This document shows, piece after piece, positions 39,101-53,249 of a DNA stretch of 64,000 bases. A program made the translations under genes and the position numbers. The notes under the pieces were generated by a model, which searched no databases, was not told where the DNA came from, and saw only the letters and a program-made list of their open reading frames with translations. The stretch is from Styela clava (Eukaryota). The stretch's first letter is position 1. Every line of letters begins with the position of its first letter. The stretch is from contig NC_135255.1 in the NCBI RefSeq assembly GCF_964204865.1, positions 15,500,001-15,564,000 of the forward strand, given 5' to 3'.

Positions 39101-42100
39101 TGCACTTTTTGTTCATTTCAAACATTCTTGTTTCAGAGATTGATTCTGCAGGTTCTTCTGCTGCTGCTAAATCACTATCCACTGATGCTCCTCTCACCGA
39201 AGCTGAATTGGTTGCTGCTGGCCTCGATCCTGTGTCCCTGGGTTTACGCGATGAGGACTTACTATTGCAAGAATATGTAGGTTTACTTAGTCTCTCAATT
39301 CTCTCAATGATCAATTGAATAATTTTTGTAAAAGCGGTTTCGCGCAAACTAGAGACTTGCTTTGTTGTAACAATTTCTGTGCGGCTATTTTTTCTAAAAA
39401 ACGACCTTGTCTGCTATGCTGATTTGGTACTATCGTACTCGTAGTGTATGTACCAGGTTAGGGTTATTTCAATTTTCTTTATTTTAGTTCTATTATAAGT
39501 TCGGGGACTGTATGTGTTAGCCAAGTGAATTTACCCCCTGCCCATAGGTTTCCGCCCCTTTACACAACTCGACGAGAAGTAGGCGAATAAAATTAGTTAC
39601 CTACATATTGTTACACATATTTCTGGAGCGCCGCTGATTTTGTGTACTGCCTAATATGTCGCATGAGTGAACAACTGAAGTTCATTATAATTAAGTCATT
39701 CATTTCAATTATTCATATTTTATATTTCAGTTATATGATCCGATGTTACAACGTGGAGGAATTAGAGATCCTTTGCTTGATCCGTACCTTGAGCAAGAAC
39801 TACTTCTACGTGAACTTCGAGATAGAGAAGCTCTTAGAAGAAAAGCTGAGTTAGCTCGACGGGAAGCTGAATTTCGTAAAAATATTGCTGTGAGTATTTT
39901 CCTCATTTGTTTCATGAATGCAACCTGTTTGTGTATTAACTTGTGTACTCGAAGCAGCGATGTGGGGTCTTAGATAATCACAACCAAAACTGCGGAAAAA
40001 AAGACATCAATATTTTAGATTTTAATCCTGTGAAAACCCAATAACTGTTTTTTGTCAGAAAGTTATATATAACAGCATAAATTTTCATTATAAGATAATC
40101 TTGTGTTTTAATGTTTTTCGTATTCCAAAGATGTATTCTTTGTATTCTATGAGAAATTAATACAAACATAATATGTTAAATAACTTTTTGACAACTTTTT
40201 GTCAATGTTCATCGAATGATACCACCCAATTTTATACTCTAACTGAAATATGTTCTTTGTTTACAGAGACCTATTTTACAAGCTCAGAAAATTGTAGAAA
40301 CAATTGATTATAGTCACGGTGAGTTTTTGTCACACAACTTTAAGATTTCGAGTTTCCAGTACTATAATAATGAAAGAGCAGAAATGCAGGAAAGTTAAAA
40401 TAAATAGGGATTTGGTCGATTTTCAGTTTTTTACTGTTTTAGGAAAGTGAGCCATGCTGCGTTTATTGTTTGGAATGATAATTTCTCAAATTGTCTAATT
40501 CTCACTTATTGCTCCAATCAAGAGTTTAAATTTCGATTCAATTAAAATTCCAATTCGTATTAGACATCCCTGAAACTTCATTATACACTTAGTATTTTCC
40601 ACAATTCTGCTACAAAACTGTATATGATCACAAGAATTGTTTGGTATTGTGCATGATTGTTTTACTTTTAAATTTTTCTTAGGTTTGAAGAACACCGATG
40701 GTAATAAGAAGGATGAATTTGACGGTGAAAGAAGATCATCTCCACATAGAGATAATTGGAGACGTTCTCCTACAAGAGACGAATTTAGAAATATCCCTTA
40801 CGATAGAAGACCACCCGATACATTTGACTACGAACGACGTCGTTTTCCACCAATTAGCATGGACGAACGAATGCGTATGAGAGAACGTGGGTTGCCACCC
40901 CCAGGAATGGATCCTGAAATGATGCGGGAGCGAGGATGGCCTCCTGGTCCCCCACCTTTTGAACGCCAGCGATCGCCCGTTGATCCTAACAGTTCGTTCG
41001 TGGTCGAAGAGGATGTTGTAAGAGAAAGAGAGTCAATGGAAAGACATAGGAAAATGTTGGATCGTGAAAAAGAGTCCATGGAACGAAGGCGTGACACAGC
41101 GAATAAAATTGCGGACTCAAGAGAGAGAGAAATTGAGAGAAGTAAAAGAGAAAGAAGTTTAGAGAGATTGCAAAAGATGGAAAGAGAACTCATGGAGAGA
41201 GAGAGAATTTTAAATGAAAGGGAACAACGCTTGAAGACTCCTCCAAGGAAGTCGAGGGACAGGGTAAGCTATTTTGGGTTTTATAACTTCATTCAAGACT
41301 CTTTTCAAATTGTACAATTCATGGTAACGGATGTTTCCCCAATCCTTGGACAAAAAAGAATTGTTCCAACACTTTGCCATTGCGAAATTTTCAAAGCTTA
41401 TTTTGAGAGTATTTTTGTGGGGAGGCACATGCAAACTGATTTATATCTTCAGATTTTGTCCCAAAGCTGCTTTCATCAAAAAAGACTGACAGTCGATTTT
41501 AAAAGATTAGTCTATCACGTTTCTCAGGACTTTTTGGCTACTGCAGCTGAACTAAAACACTATTGGCAGGGTTATCTGATTTACCTTTTTCACAATTATT
41601 CTTGAGTTGAAAATTAATTGTTTACGCTTGTGGAAACATCCAATATGATATTTTGAATGTAAATTAGTTAACATTTTATCCCACTGTTTGAGTGTTACGT
41701 CAAGTCTAGAAAGAAGGTCAAAGAATTTTCATATTTTCTCTGTTTATTGATTAACGATCCTTCGTTTGATCATTGCAGAGAGATCGAAAAGAATGGAGAG
41801 CTGAAGGTCGGCCGTCTTCTCGCAGTCCACCAAGACGACGTTTTGAAGAAGAGAGACCAAGAAGGTGCAGTTGTTTGTTTCTGTATGACTGTTTTTGATT
41901 TTTACATAATCCCGTTGACATAATTCCCGTTTGTATTCATAAAATGAAATATAAAATAAAAACTTTTTTAGGTTAAATTTTTTTTCATTTGATGTGTTTA
42001 TATGCTTTTTTACTCTGATCAACGCTCTGCACCAGCAGACATGGTTATGTAATTTGGTGCTTTATCTTGGAAGGACCAGTATATTCTAGAATCAGTATTA

Positions 42101-45100
42101 CCCCCTTATCCCTGGAGGCTGGGCAACATGAGATTATAACTTGGGACGCCATTTCATAAGCACAAATATAATTATTGTTGCTATTTATTCTGGCTCATTT
42201 ACTATTTTAGAATCTTTTGTAAATAAAAGTGATCGTTTTTAAACACAATAATCTCTTAAAGTAAAATCATTTGCATATTTTTCATCATTTAATTCTTCTA
42301 GTGACCGACGTTTTCGCAGTAGAAGCCGAAGTAGAAGTCCAAACACAAATCGCGGGAGAGATCGAGATCCGGGTAGACCAAGAGCACGTAGTCCTCCCAG
42401 AAATGATTCTCGACGAAGAGATCCGGATCGTGACCGAGGAGGAAGGAATGAAAGGAGGTCGAAATCGCCTGATCATCGTCCAACAGAATTCAGAGATCGC
42501 AGAAGATTTACGAGTCCTTCTGGAGATCCAGTTCGAACAATGTATGTTTATAATTAAGTTGAAAAATGGAGAAATATAGCATTTTGTTAATGATTAGAAA
42601 GCCTGATTAGTTGGATAAAAGTTTCAACTGGGTGGCATTATACATTGTGTTTTATTCTAGATTTCATTTGTTGGTTGAAAAAGGTTGAATTTTTGTGCCT
42701 CGATTTTCACTCTTTTAATCTGTCACACCTTGCACGTAACCTTTTTTGTTTTTTGAATAAAAAAGAACTCTACAATTTTCAGATTATCTACCACTTTTTG
42801 AATCTCTTAATTCTGAATAATGTATATTTTGGCGATATATTTTTGATTTCACATCAATGACCAACTTTTAAAAACTGGTTTTCATGGTTTTTATGATTAT
42901 CCAGATTTGTTGGTGCTTATATTGATGTGATGTCTAACATAAAATCAAATTTTTGCTAATGTTTATAAAACTATGCATTTCTATTCTGACTTTAATAATT
43001 TTCATATCAGTGCCTAATTTTTAAATTCCTTTTCTTACTATTTCGTGAAAGTTATACATTACCTTATCAATACTCAGGTCGCCTGCCAGGTTCAAACAAG
43101 CATTGCCGAAGCCAATGAAGATTGAACCTGTAATGATTCGTGTTGAAGATTTGTTAAATGATCCTGCGAGACAGCGACGTCCAAAACGAGTATTTTCATT
43201 AATCAAATCTGTATTAGTTAAAAATCGATCTAAGACTTTATTTTTTTCAAGTCGTGATTTTATTAAACTTTTCGAGTAGTCATGTTTTAATAGAACTTTC
43301 CTTTTAGATTGTCATCATTTTACGAGGCTTGCCTGGTAGTGGAAAGACACACATTGCAAAGTTAATCAGGGTAATCTGAATATACTTTTCTAGCTGATTG
43401 TACCTGCTTCATATGACGTTCATTCGTGCCTTTTGTTCCAAACAAACCCCGGTACAAATTTCCAGTGATAGATAAAATGCTAGTGCTTTTGGAAAGACTG
43501 GTCAAAAGCTTTCAATATATTGGCCAACTTTTTTAAAATGTCCCTACTAATGCAAAAAAAATAAAGAGACTTCAAATACTAGGATAGAATTACTAGGATA
43601 TGCTGTTATTTCATTCGAGAACACTCAAATTGTGGTGTTAAGAGAAAGAACTACATTAGTTCATAAATCAATCGTTTTTCTACTTCAGAATTGAAGTACG
43701 TACCTGATAGTATACCAACACAGTAGTTAATTCTAATTGCTGCAATATGTTAACTGCCTGAAATGTTTTGAATAGTTTGAAACTTTATGAAATATAGCTC
43801 AATTGAATTTACCTGAACGATGACAATAATATATTATGAATTCAGAAAAAGTTAAGCTACTACTCATTTGGTAATTAAGGTGTGTTATTGCTTTGCATTC
43901 TACATTATATTATTCACATTGTAATTAATATATTTCGTTGGACAGGATCTTGAAACTACCAAAGGTGTCACTCCAAGAGTGCTTGGTCTCGATGATTATT
44001 TCTTAGTCGAGAACGAAAAATTTGAGAAGGATTCTGAAACTGGGAGAATAGTGAAACGAAAGGTAACAGATAATGATATGTTAACGTTCCAAAATGAATG
44101 ATGACTTTTCCTTAATAATCAATTGTACAATTAAATGACTTGCTTCCTCAAGTGGTCAGATGTTGGTTCGTGCTTGGGATTGTGGCCGAATAACTTTGAA
44201 TTATATCTTGACAAAAAGTTTATTAGTTTATTTCCAAATTTGGTATCTCTTCTTGCTCATTAGTTTTCAACCTCCCCATTTGTTGTCTTTATTTTTATTT
44301 TCACATCAGAATATCATGAATTTTCATTTGCAGATATAGTCAGTTTTTTTTATTATTTTTGCTATCGTATATTAGTTTGTTTTTAATGGCCAACATTGGT
44401 GTTCAATAATATCTTTAGCCTATACTAAAAATTATATTGTTCCTGCCAGGTTCATGAATATGAATACGAAGCTGCCATGGAACCATCGTACAGAGATAGT
44501 TTGTTAAAATCTTTTAAAAAGACACTTGAAGATGGATATTTCAATTTTGTTATTGTTGATAGTATCAATGATAAAGTTTCACATTTTTCTGAATTCTGGA
44601 CAGCAGCAAAGAAAGCTGTTTTTGAGGTGATTCCTTCTGGAATTTTATTTCTTCATTCAATATTTGGACTCTGGAGTCTGAGGCTCTGAGCGGAAGTCAT
44701 ATTTTCGAACCCTCAAAGCCAAGCTCAGCTATTAAATCTCCTCAAGTGGGGGTCCGAATTGTAATTTATTTGTGATAATCGGACTCACAATTTCTGACAG
44801 AAACTGAAAAGGAATAAAGTTGTTTGGGGATTTCAAGGAGATATTTGACTTAAGGCTTGCATATTTCCGTTTTTGTTGTTGAAATTTTTTTTTCTCGCAA
44901 TCTTGAGTCAAACAAGTTTTCTATCGAAATTAGAGCCAGACTGTTTTTTAAATGGCTGGCGTTTAGAGTGGTAGTTTGGTGTAAATTTTACCGATTGCGT
45001 AGACCAGTGGTGCGTGGAGCTAATTAAAAATAAAAGTATTTGTTAGATTTGATCTTTCCAGCCTTATTTTAGATATTTACATTTTTCCATTCCGGTATTT

Positions 45101-48100
45101 ACGTTCTTTAAAGTCGTTTTTTTTTGTATAAAACATACTTTCGCTTAATATTTCTAATTTGTAGCTTATTGTTACTTTTGTTAGCTAGTTATTTTATAAT
45201 TGGGGCGTGAGACCTTACAAATTCTATAAAAGGGGGCACGGCTTAAAAAGTTTGAGAACCACTGCCATAGACTTTTTTGTGATATAGTACATTTACTGCA
45301 GAACTGAATAATTTGTTTTCTGAACTAACAAATACTCGTAGTTCTACTACAGAAGTTATACTAAGCTAATGTTTTATTCTAAGGTTTATGTTGCTGAACT
45401 GCTTGCTGATGTTCATGTTTGTGCAAAACGAAACATTCACAAACGTCGACTAGATGAAATACAAAAACTAGCGTTCGACTGGGAAGAAACTCCTTCACAT
45501 ATGATTCGACTCGATGTCAGACAGATGTTACAGGATTCCGAGATACAAGAGGTATAATATCTTAGGGTAAAATTGGATATTGCACTGTGAGATCTGTATA
45601 ATCTTGGCTGTTTACACTGACAGCAGGATCATAATAGTTAATAACATCTAGTGCCCATTTGAATCCTAACAATGTTGCAGTCTGCTATTTTGACAAATAT
45701 TCAATTCATTTTTTCGAAGTTTAAGTGGACCATTTTGCTGAGATTTTGTTGACTTTGGGCGAATTAAATAATCTCAAATATTCAGTACCCAAAGATGGTA
45801 GAGAGGAAGCTGTTAGAAAATCTACTGCGGTGTCTGATATTTCTCCCAAAATTTTGCTGTTTTATTTTAATTCATGGGAACACTTATTTATGAAATATGT
45901 GAATAAGTGCCATCAAACATGCCTGCCAACCTTTTTAGTAAACTCGGTGCTCCGGTAGACAGTTGAAGCCTTAAATGTAACAATGTATGACCTTAATGTC
46001 AATATTCGAGCATTGCTTTCTTGTTTTTATAATGAAGGTTGAGATGGGTGATGTATCTGATGAAGAAGAAAGTGGAGACTCGAAGAAAAACAAACTAACA
46101 CCGGAACAGCTGGCGGTAAGGTCTATGAGAATGGTTTGTAATTAAGGTTTCATGTGAGACCGTACTGATGGCTTTAGTAAATTTAATATGCTTAAATCAG
46201 AGGTTCTCAAACGGTGAGGGTGTGTAGCTGATTAAAAATGAAAATATTTGTTGGATTTGATCTTGCCCGCCTTATTTTGGATATTTACATTTCTTTATTT
46301 TGGATATTTACATTCCATCCATGTATTTTCAACAGTATTTTTGAGGTGGGCGTAAGACTTGACAAATTCTAAAAAGGCAGCTTAAAAAGTTTGAGAACCA
46401 CTGGTTTAAATAGTTGATATACTATGTCGTTTGGATGTTTAAATCTTAATATTGTGAAAAATGTTTGGTAAATTTCATTTTTGTAAATAATTAAGTGAAT
46501 CATAATTTGTATTTGGTTGGTAGTAAATGATAGAAAAATTATTTAGTATATTGCTGGACCAATGTTTAAGATATTTATTGATTCTTGCAAAAAATTTGAT
46601 AAGTTAGGGAGGAGAAGCTTGAACAACATAGCCTGAAATATAGAAGCTTTTAAAGCGAGTTCTCTGTAGATGTTTCTCTGAGCTTGCCTTGTTTACATCG
46701 GTAACACTGGCTTATCAGTAAAAGTTCAAACATTTTGTTATTTGTGGAGTTTTTATTTTGTTGCAATAAATTTAAGTCCTAAAAAAGCCAAGCTAAGCAA
46801 AAATTAGTTAACCGTACATTTAAAAGCCACGCAGTTAAATATTTGGACTCAAAATGTTATTTATAAACATTTAAACCAGTTTCAACCGTGTCCTAAAAAT
46901 TCGCTGTAGGAAATCTCGCCACATAAGAAAAATCGCAAGAACATTTTGCTGTAAAACAAGTATTTGTGATAAAAACAGTTAGGTTAATAGAGTTAGGGTA
47001 TGCTCCTAAATAACGAATCTTTTTTAAATAAGGCAATTTTTCATACAGTGATTTTTCCTATACGGAGAAATTTTCTGTGGCAAATTTTCCTAGAAGCAGT
47101 TTTTCACCAGCTTACAAAACACTCCCAAATTGAGCACCAAAAACTACACAATGGTGAGGAAGAGGAAGATAGTTTCTAGGGCCAAAGTCACATTAGGGAA
47201 TAGATTGTTGTTGTAAATATCAATTCAGATCGTCAGGCAGATAGGGAACTTAGAAGAAGTTTGTAACGGTTAATCCAAAATGATGGAGGTTTTTTATGTT
47301 TCACTGAAATCTATTCAAAATGGGGATAGGATTTTTATATATTCAGACAGGGAGAGAGCAAAATCAATGAGACGGCCTATTCGGTGCATATCAGATAATT
47401 GTTAAGCTAATTTCAATTAATGTCAATTTCTATATTTTATTATAGAAAGAAGTAATAGGTAAGGCTTTGATTCATCTTAAAATATTTATACCCAATGTTT
47501 AGATTTGACTAAATGAAAAAAATTAGTAAAAAGATATTACCTTGTATAATTGAAAAGAGAGTTTAAGGAAAGAATTAATAGTTTTCATATCCAGTGATGC
47601 ATCCAGCATCAGTCAATGTTATTTACTGGGTATTTACGTTTTCTGCTGACACAAAATCAGCACACACAGAATGAACATTGAGGTTTAGCATCTGAAATGT
47701 GTAATTTCTAACTCCAATAATGTTTTGAATGCACGTACTTTGCACTAGGCCAGTGGATCTCTACATTTTTGCTGCTTTTTTCACTCGAAACAACTCCCTG
47801 CCAGGAGACGCTACGCTAGGCTACATATTTAACATGTGAGGGGTGCAATATAGGTACCTATTTTTTTTTTATCTCTGGTAGATTTCGTTCAACAAACTGC
47901 TCAAACCAAAACTATTCTATTAGATTTATGTCTTCATCAAGATGTTACAACAAGAAAATTATGTTAAGCAATGTTTTAATGGGATTTGTGATATACCGTA
48001 AGTCACTATTTCAACTCACAAATTTCACAATATTTTTACTGCTACCATTGCAATAGGCTAGTTTTTTTCCTATTTACCCGAAGTTAGAATTATGATAACT

Positions 48101-51004
48101 CAGCAGTGATTAGAATATCAGGCTTTTAGTAAGAGCATGACAGTCTATTGTTCAGATAAAATCTCTGTAATTTAGATAACATTTACAGTTTGCCTCATTC
48201 AAAGGCAAAGTGGCGAGTTAAATTATAACTGAAATGATCTATTTGTATGTAGATATACAAGATAGGAAATTAATGTTTGGCGAGTTAAATTGTAACTGAT
48301 ATGATCTATTTGTATGTAGATATACAAGATAGGAAATTAATATTTTTATTTGGTAGAAACTTTTGGAAGTACGGTGTCTGTAACTGTTTGTCAAAATATC
48401 GTCACAGTCCAAGTGGCACTGAAATATTTTGCAAATTTTAGGCTAGTTCTCAGATTCCCTTTGTCTCAATTATTACTATAAGTATTTAATCCAAGTTTTA
48501 ATCATTGTTACTGTTCTAACATTGAGTGCTTATTTAGATCAATGATAAAGTATAATGTGCTTGATATTTGCCTGTAAGGGAGTGAGACCTTTGAGGCAGT
48601 TCAATGTTTAACAGCAATATTATTTACCTCCACTTGTATGCATTGAGACTACTTAGATGAGGTAATAAACAAACAGGACTCAAATAATTATTGTTTTGTA
48701 GCAATGTAATTACAAAATGTGTTTTTCTGTATTACAAGTAAATAAAAAAATAATTAAAAGCAGAAATAGACTACCAAACAACTATATAGGATGCAATAAA
48801 TAAATCCACATACTGTACAAATTCTGCCAATCTTCTGTTTTGCTCCTTGTTTGAAAAAGCAATTTGTGAAAGACTATAGAGAATTATAATTAAGTTGGTG
48901 TGAACAATACATTTTTTCATAGGTGAAAATGTAACGATAAATTTAAGGTTGTAACTTTATGATGCTTCTAATACTTGTACAGTAGATACAGTCATGACTA
49001 GAAGTTTTAGTGTCATTGCTGTACTTATTTCAAGACGCATATAACTTATAGAAAATAGGATTTGGCAGTTGTGAAGTGGATAATCCTTGCGAACTCATTT
49101 TATTCACTATCTACATAATTATAATGAAAATATCAGTACGAGTATTATAAAACTACTATCAATTAATGTCAATTTAATAAAAGAATAACTTCAGCAGAAG
49201 TCTTGCCATCTAAGAGTCTTAAAAAACTGAAATATGTGTGCGAGTGACTAGCAGGAATCATGTCGTCATAGGTGTTTGATAACATTGGGTGTTCGATTTC
49301 GTTATTCTATAAATTTGATGCGAGGGTGAGGGACTTACGTTGGAAATTCCAAGGATGAAAACCATTTTGACAACAAAATCAATATGGTGGGTGCAATCAT
49401 TAAAAACGCACAGGAGATATTCACTGGGCATAAACGGCTGCAGCTCAGCAAAGGGCGCTCCAACGATTGCTGATAGGAGCTTTTATCTTAAACTCTACTT
49501 AGGTAAAAAGTATATTTTGGGAGCAAGAACAATTTTATAATGACTTCATTGACCAAGGTCTCAGATCCATAATCTCAAACTATTCTTGTACTCTCTGTGT
49601 TTGGTATTCACAGATCTTAAACATTACCAACAAGGCAACAACGCTGAGTAGTAATGCTTTGTAAAGTTAAGAATTGACAGATCAAAGAGTTGAAACTGTC
49701 CTGAATTGATTTATATACCTTTAGAATAAATAAAACAGAATAAAATACTTAATTCCGTTTTTTTTTTAATTGTGCTTTTTAGGCATATGTATTCAGGAGA
49801 TAGAATTAATATTTTCGTTTTTAGCCAAAATTGTGCTTTGTTCTTATTGTACGAGTCCTTATTTTATATTTTGCATCTCGTCATAATTAATATTATTTTC
49901 TGAGCTAATTTCCAGTTGATGAAAAAAGAACATTAGTCCAAAGAAAATTAATTCTATTTGTGCTGTTCCTATTCACTGCAGGGAGTTCCTCAAAGCAAGT
50001 GGGAGCTCATGGAAACAAATGAACGCCTAGGTAGGTATTTTATCTAAAATATAAAAACACTTATTAAGCTTAAACTGAAATGATAGGATGCACGCTGCAG
50101 ATTGAATCAAACCGATGAGCATCATATGGTAAGTATTAAAAATATAGCCTTTGTCTTAAGAATCAATCTGATATAAAAATATATTTTGACATTTGTGAAT
50201 AAAAGTCTATAGATCTTACATCGTTTTGTTTGAGTATTTGTACAAGGGCAAGAATTCATATTTTGCGCTCCGTTTGCGTCTTGTAGATAAACTGGATGGT
50301 ATAAAGAAGAAAAAGCCGACTTCCAGCCAACAGCATATGGCAGACTTTCTCAGCGTTACAGACGATTATGTTCAACGAACTGCAGCTCCTGGGAAGAAAA
50401 GGGTAAATTGATTATCATGTGTACCAGTATTATGATAAAATAGGCTACCTATTCTTTTATAAAGGCATCTGTGTTGACGTGAGAATTGATGGAATACTTT
50501 TTCTGGACATGCTCCCAGGTTTTTGGACTGGTTTGTAAAACCTGTTTTTTGCTTTTTTTAGATTTTGTTTCATTTAAGCACTGTTTTTTGTTTTGGGCAT
50601 CTTGCTCTTTATTAAAGCTCGATTTGGAGCGTTTAACCGAATGGTCCCCTTGTTTATTAGTATTTTATTGCAAATCTGATTTTTCATAAACCAGTAACTA
50701 TGGTGAATGCCGCATTGTGATAGAATTGAATGGGGGTGTATTTGTTTCTGTGGATTTTTACTAATAACTGTCACTGTAGAGCTCACATGATAGGTGTGTT
50801 AGCTTTGAAACAATAATTTTTGAATTGCCTGTCAACTAATGTATTTAAATAATTTCTTAGGTTCGTTGGGCAGATATTGAAGAGAAAAGTGCCCAACGCA
50901 GGATGAGAGAAGTTGGATTTGTTGTAGGGAACACTGACTGGAGCCGTATGATGGATGGTGATTCCCATGCTAATCAAGCCTTGAATCGAACCAAATTTAT
51001 ATGA
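27113..51004 (+). CDS. YLPM1: YLP motif-containing protein 1 (ZAP3), 29 coding exons, ~1685 aa
   Basis: Phase-consistent exons: 27113-27361, 27825-27941, 29609-29762, 30353-30495, 31330-31398, 32727-32831, 32903-33550, 34328-34475, 35230-35517, 35729-35907, 36535-36619, 36985-37206, 37789-38017, 38423-38562, 39137-39276, 39731-39889, 40267-40318, 40683-41263, 41779-41864, 42302-42541, 43078-43189, 43308-43370, 43946-44062, 44450-44626, 45384-45551, 46038-46115, 49982-50030, 50287-50402, 50861-51004. Q/P-rich N-terminus, QYGEWRKQFEDWK..HPNKEQ, RG and RS/RD tracts, P-loop IILRGLPGSGKTHIAKLIR, LDDYF, EYEYE, and C-terminal PP1-docking KKRVRWAD...GFVVGNTDW...ALNRTKFI*. Low-complexity internal exons are less certain than the C-terminal ones. 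Confidence 0.9.
28672..29564 (-). mobile_element. hAT (Buster/Charlie-type) deletion derivative in YLPM1 intron
   Basis: TIRs cagtggttcttaaa / tttaagaaccactg; perfect TSD ccttagag; cgcgaccc subterminal repeats. Minus-strand remnant LATRNLCERGYLALTVIKTKL resembles the Buster-type dimerisation motif (TTYLCE.GFS.L..IKTK.R). Confidence 0.9.
34910..34980 (-). pseudogene. Degenerate tRNA-Arg(TCT)
   Basis: Minus strand gtcaacataatacaatggatagcccttggacTTCTAAtccttaggttcaggttcctatcccagcgaagtc: D-arm CAATGGATAGC and anticodon arm GGAC-TTCTAA-TCC are recognisable; acceptor stem and T-loop are damaged. Confidence 0.6.
35066..35112 (-). pseudogene. Degenerate 3' part of tRNA-Gly(GCC)
   Basis: Minus strand tagagtctcatttGCCatgtgagagaagtcgattcctggccaataca versus the canonical TAGAATTCTCGCCTGCCACGCGGGAG...TTCGATTCCCGGCCAATGCA. 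Confidence 0.55.
36636..36876. mobile_element. Palindromic MITE, family A
   Basis: ggtactcc...aaccaagatggcagacaccggaacgtagtatgtgtacc / inverse arm ending gagtacc; inserted ~16 bp from a YLPM1 donor site. Confidence 0.8.
45005..45264. mobile_element. hAT MITE, same family as 46198-46403
   Basis: cagtgg... / gtttgagaaccactg; TSD gcgtagac / ccatagac; shared internal sequence with the neighbouring copy. Confidence 0.75.
46198..46403. mobile_element. hAT MITE
   Basis: cagaggttctcaaac / gtttgagaaccactg; TSD gcttaaat / gtttaaat. Confidence 0.8.
48211..48341. repeat. ~67-bp tandem duplication
   Basis: tggcgagttaaatt.taactga.atgatctatttgtatgtagatatacaagataggaaattaat present twice. Confidence 0.9.
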
Positions 51005-53249
51005 AATCATGGTTATTAGTGTTCACATTGATTAGTTTTAAAGCAGTAATATGAGGAAAACAGTAACTTGGCGTTCTTATCAAGTAAACATTGTCATGAT
51101 GATCTGTAAATTTTTTTCATGTTTTTATTGTAGCTGTGCTTTAAATAAAGTTGAATAGCGTCAGTGTACATTCATTCCTAGATTTAGGATTTTCCACGTA
51201 TTCTTGACAATTCGTTCTTGAGGTGATATTTCAGAAGATCGATTTTTCTGCATCTCGTCGGATTTGTGATCGCCTTGCGCACGATTGCTTCGTGATTCGT
51301 CGCGTCGTGCCAAATTGTTAAATGTGAAAGAATGTTTTTGGTCAATAAAGATAACAATGTTAACACCCATGGTCGAACACGAGCTGTGCCGAAATTACAC
51401 GTGTTGTCCCACTTTTTAGAGAAGACGAAATTTCCTGAAAAGAGGAAATATAAAGATGCGGTTCCCGTCGTACTAGTAAATATTCAGCTGCGGAATGAGA
51501 TTGGCTTTCAAATAGAATAGCGACTTTCTTTTTATCCATTAAGGCCTCTTTTTTTTTCCCCCAGTAAAATGATTCTACTTTTTCAATGCGAATCGCGACA
51601 CGCCAGTATGGCATAAAAAGTCAATTCGTCAGATAGGCAACACAAAGCTGTTGACGCAAGTTCAATTTTATCCAACCATTTTTTTCTGTTACTGTATACG
51701 TCATCGTAGCGGACTTTTATATTACGCATCTGCACGAATCTGACCACAAATCTGTTTTTTCTCGACAACATGACAGAGTGAATCGGGGAAATAGGTGTTC
51801 AAATGAATCGTAATCTGCACTGTATAGAAATTTAGCGTAAACCTTTCCGCTTTACTTAGTGTCACGAACGTGCACGTCATCTATTGTGAGTACAAAATAA
51901 TTTTCTTTATATGCATCTCGTTGCGCAATCAGACCGCCGTCAATTGAATATTACCCAGTCAGCCAGAATGCCGACATTGCGAGGTTTAGATGTTTCGTGG
52001 AACACCGATGGTTTAGTAGGAACCGCAAGTGGTCAAATTCAGTGTTTACCAAGGAGCTAGAGTAGTCTTTTCTTTGACTTCTCACCGGAGAAAATGCCAA
52101 CATCGCAGTTGTCGCTTCTACAACTACGGATTTTATCAGATGTAGGCTACGTCAAAAGAGAAAAAGATGCAAACTATGCTTTGAACAACAGTCCGTTGTG
52201 ACAATAGCTGGCCTATTCGAAGTATTTCCAGTTGAAGCAGTCCTTAATAGGAGTGTATCAGGTATGATTGGTTATGCTGCGGCATCACCAGCTTCAGTAT
52301 CCTGGCGGAAATCGCGGTTTAGAACTCGGTAATTCGCGTGAGGTGCACCGTCATATGTCGTTCACCCAGGTGCAGTCTCCAGTATCTACTTGGCCTGACA
52401 TCGATTGATGCAATGCAAATTATTGCAGTAGACCTACCTGACATAACCCTAGTTGTGCTAGCTTGAGGTAGATCCCGCGGTAAAGTTGCACCTTTACCTT
52501 AATCCGGGAATATATATATTTTATTTTAGCAAAAGCCAACTTTCGGAACTGCTGTTTTGCAACGCTATTTTCGATTCCCTCGTAGGTAGGCGATATTGCG
52601 ACTAACGCACGGTTATCGTACAGATTCCGACATGGCTTATAGCCAGGATCTCTCATTTGCAACATCACGAACTGTAATTCTTAAAGGGTACGTATCTTGG
52701 AGTGTATGGTATGATCGCCGAGTTGCAAGTTTATTAAGGTTATCGTCACCTGATTACAACAATGCTTGTTTATGCTTTCACCAGTAAAATGCGTTCGACA
52801 TCGTATTCGAATAAACATAGAACTGTGTGGGTATTGTGCTGAATGATATGCGATGGTGTCGTAATTTTAACTTCGCTGCACTGCAGTTCACCCTTTATGA
52901 CAGTTATCAGAATTCTTGTAAGGTCATCCAGTCAAGCTCTTTGTTAATAAGTAACGATGTAACAGAGACTCATAATCCCATCAGTCACGCACGTCTCTCC
53001 GTTGTCAAAAAGATTGGGCAGGTATATTCGAAGTTCTAGGTTTGAATGAAAAAGTAAATCGGTAACCAAACTTTTGAGATCTTATTATTTGCTTTCAGTT
53101 ATTCTGGAAGTTATTCAACACGAAACGTCCTGGCCCAAGGTTGTTATCGTTCCTAATTAAAAAAAAATAGAATGTATATTTTTTTAAAAAGTGTGATGAT
53201 ATGCGGACGCCGCTTCAAGCAAGAACACATTTCAGGTCGCATATATATG

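Noticed and set aside
40828-42579. Antisense and alternative-frame ORFs over YLPM1 exons (also 27041-27361, 33008-33554)
   Set aside because: Shadow frames of low-complexity coding exons.
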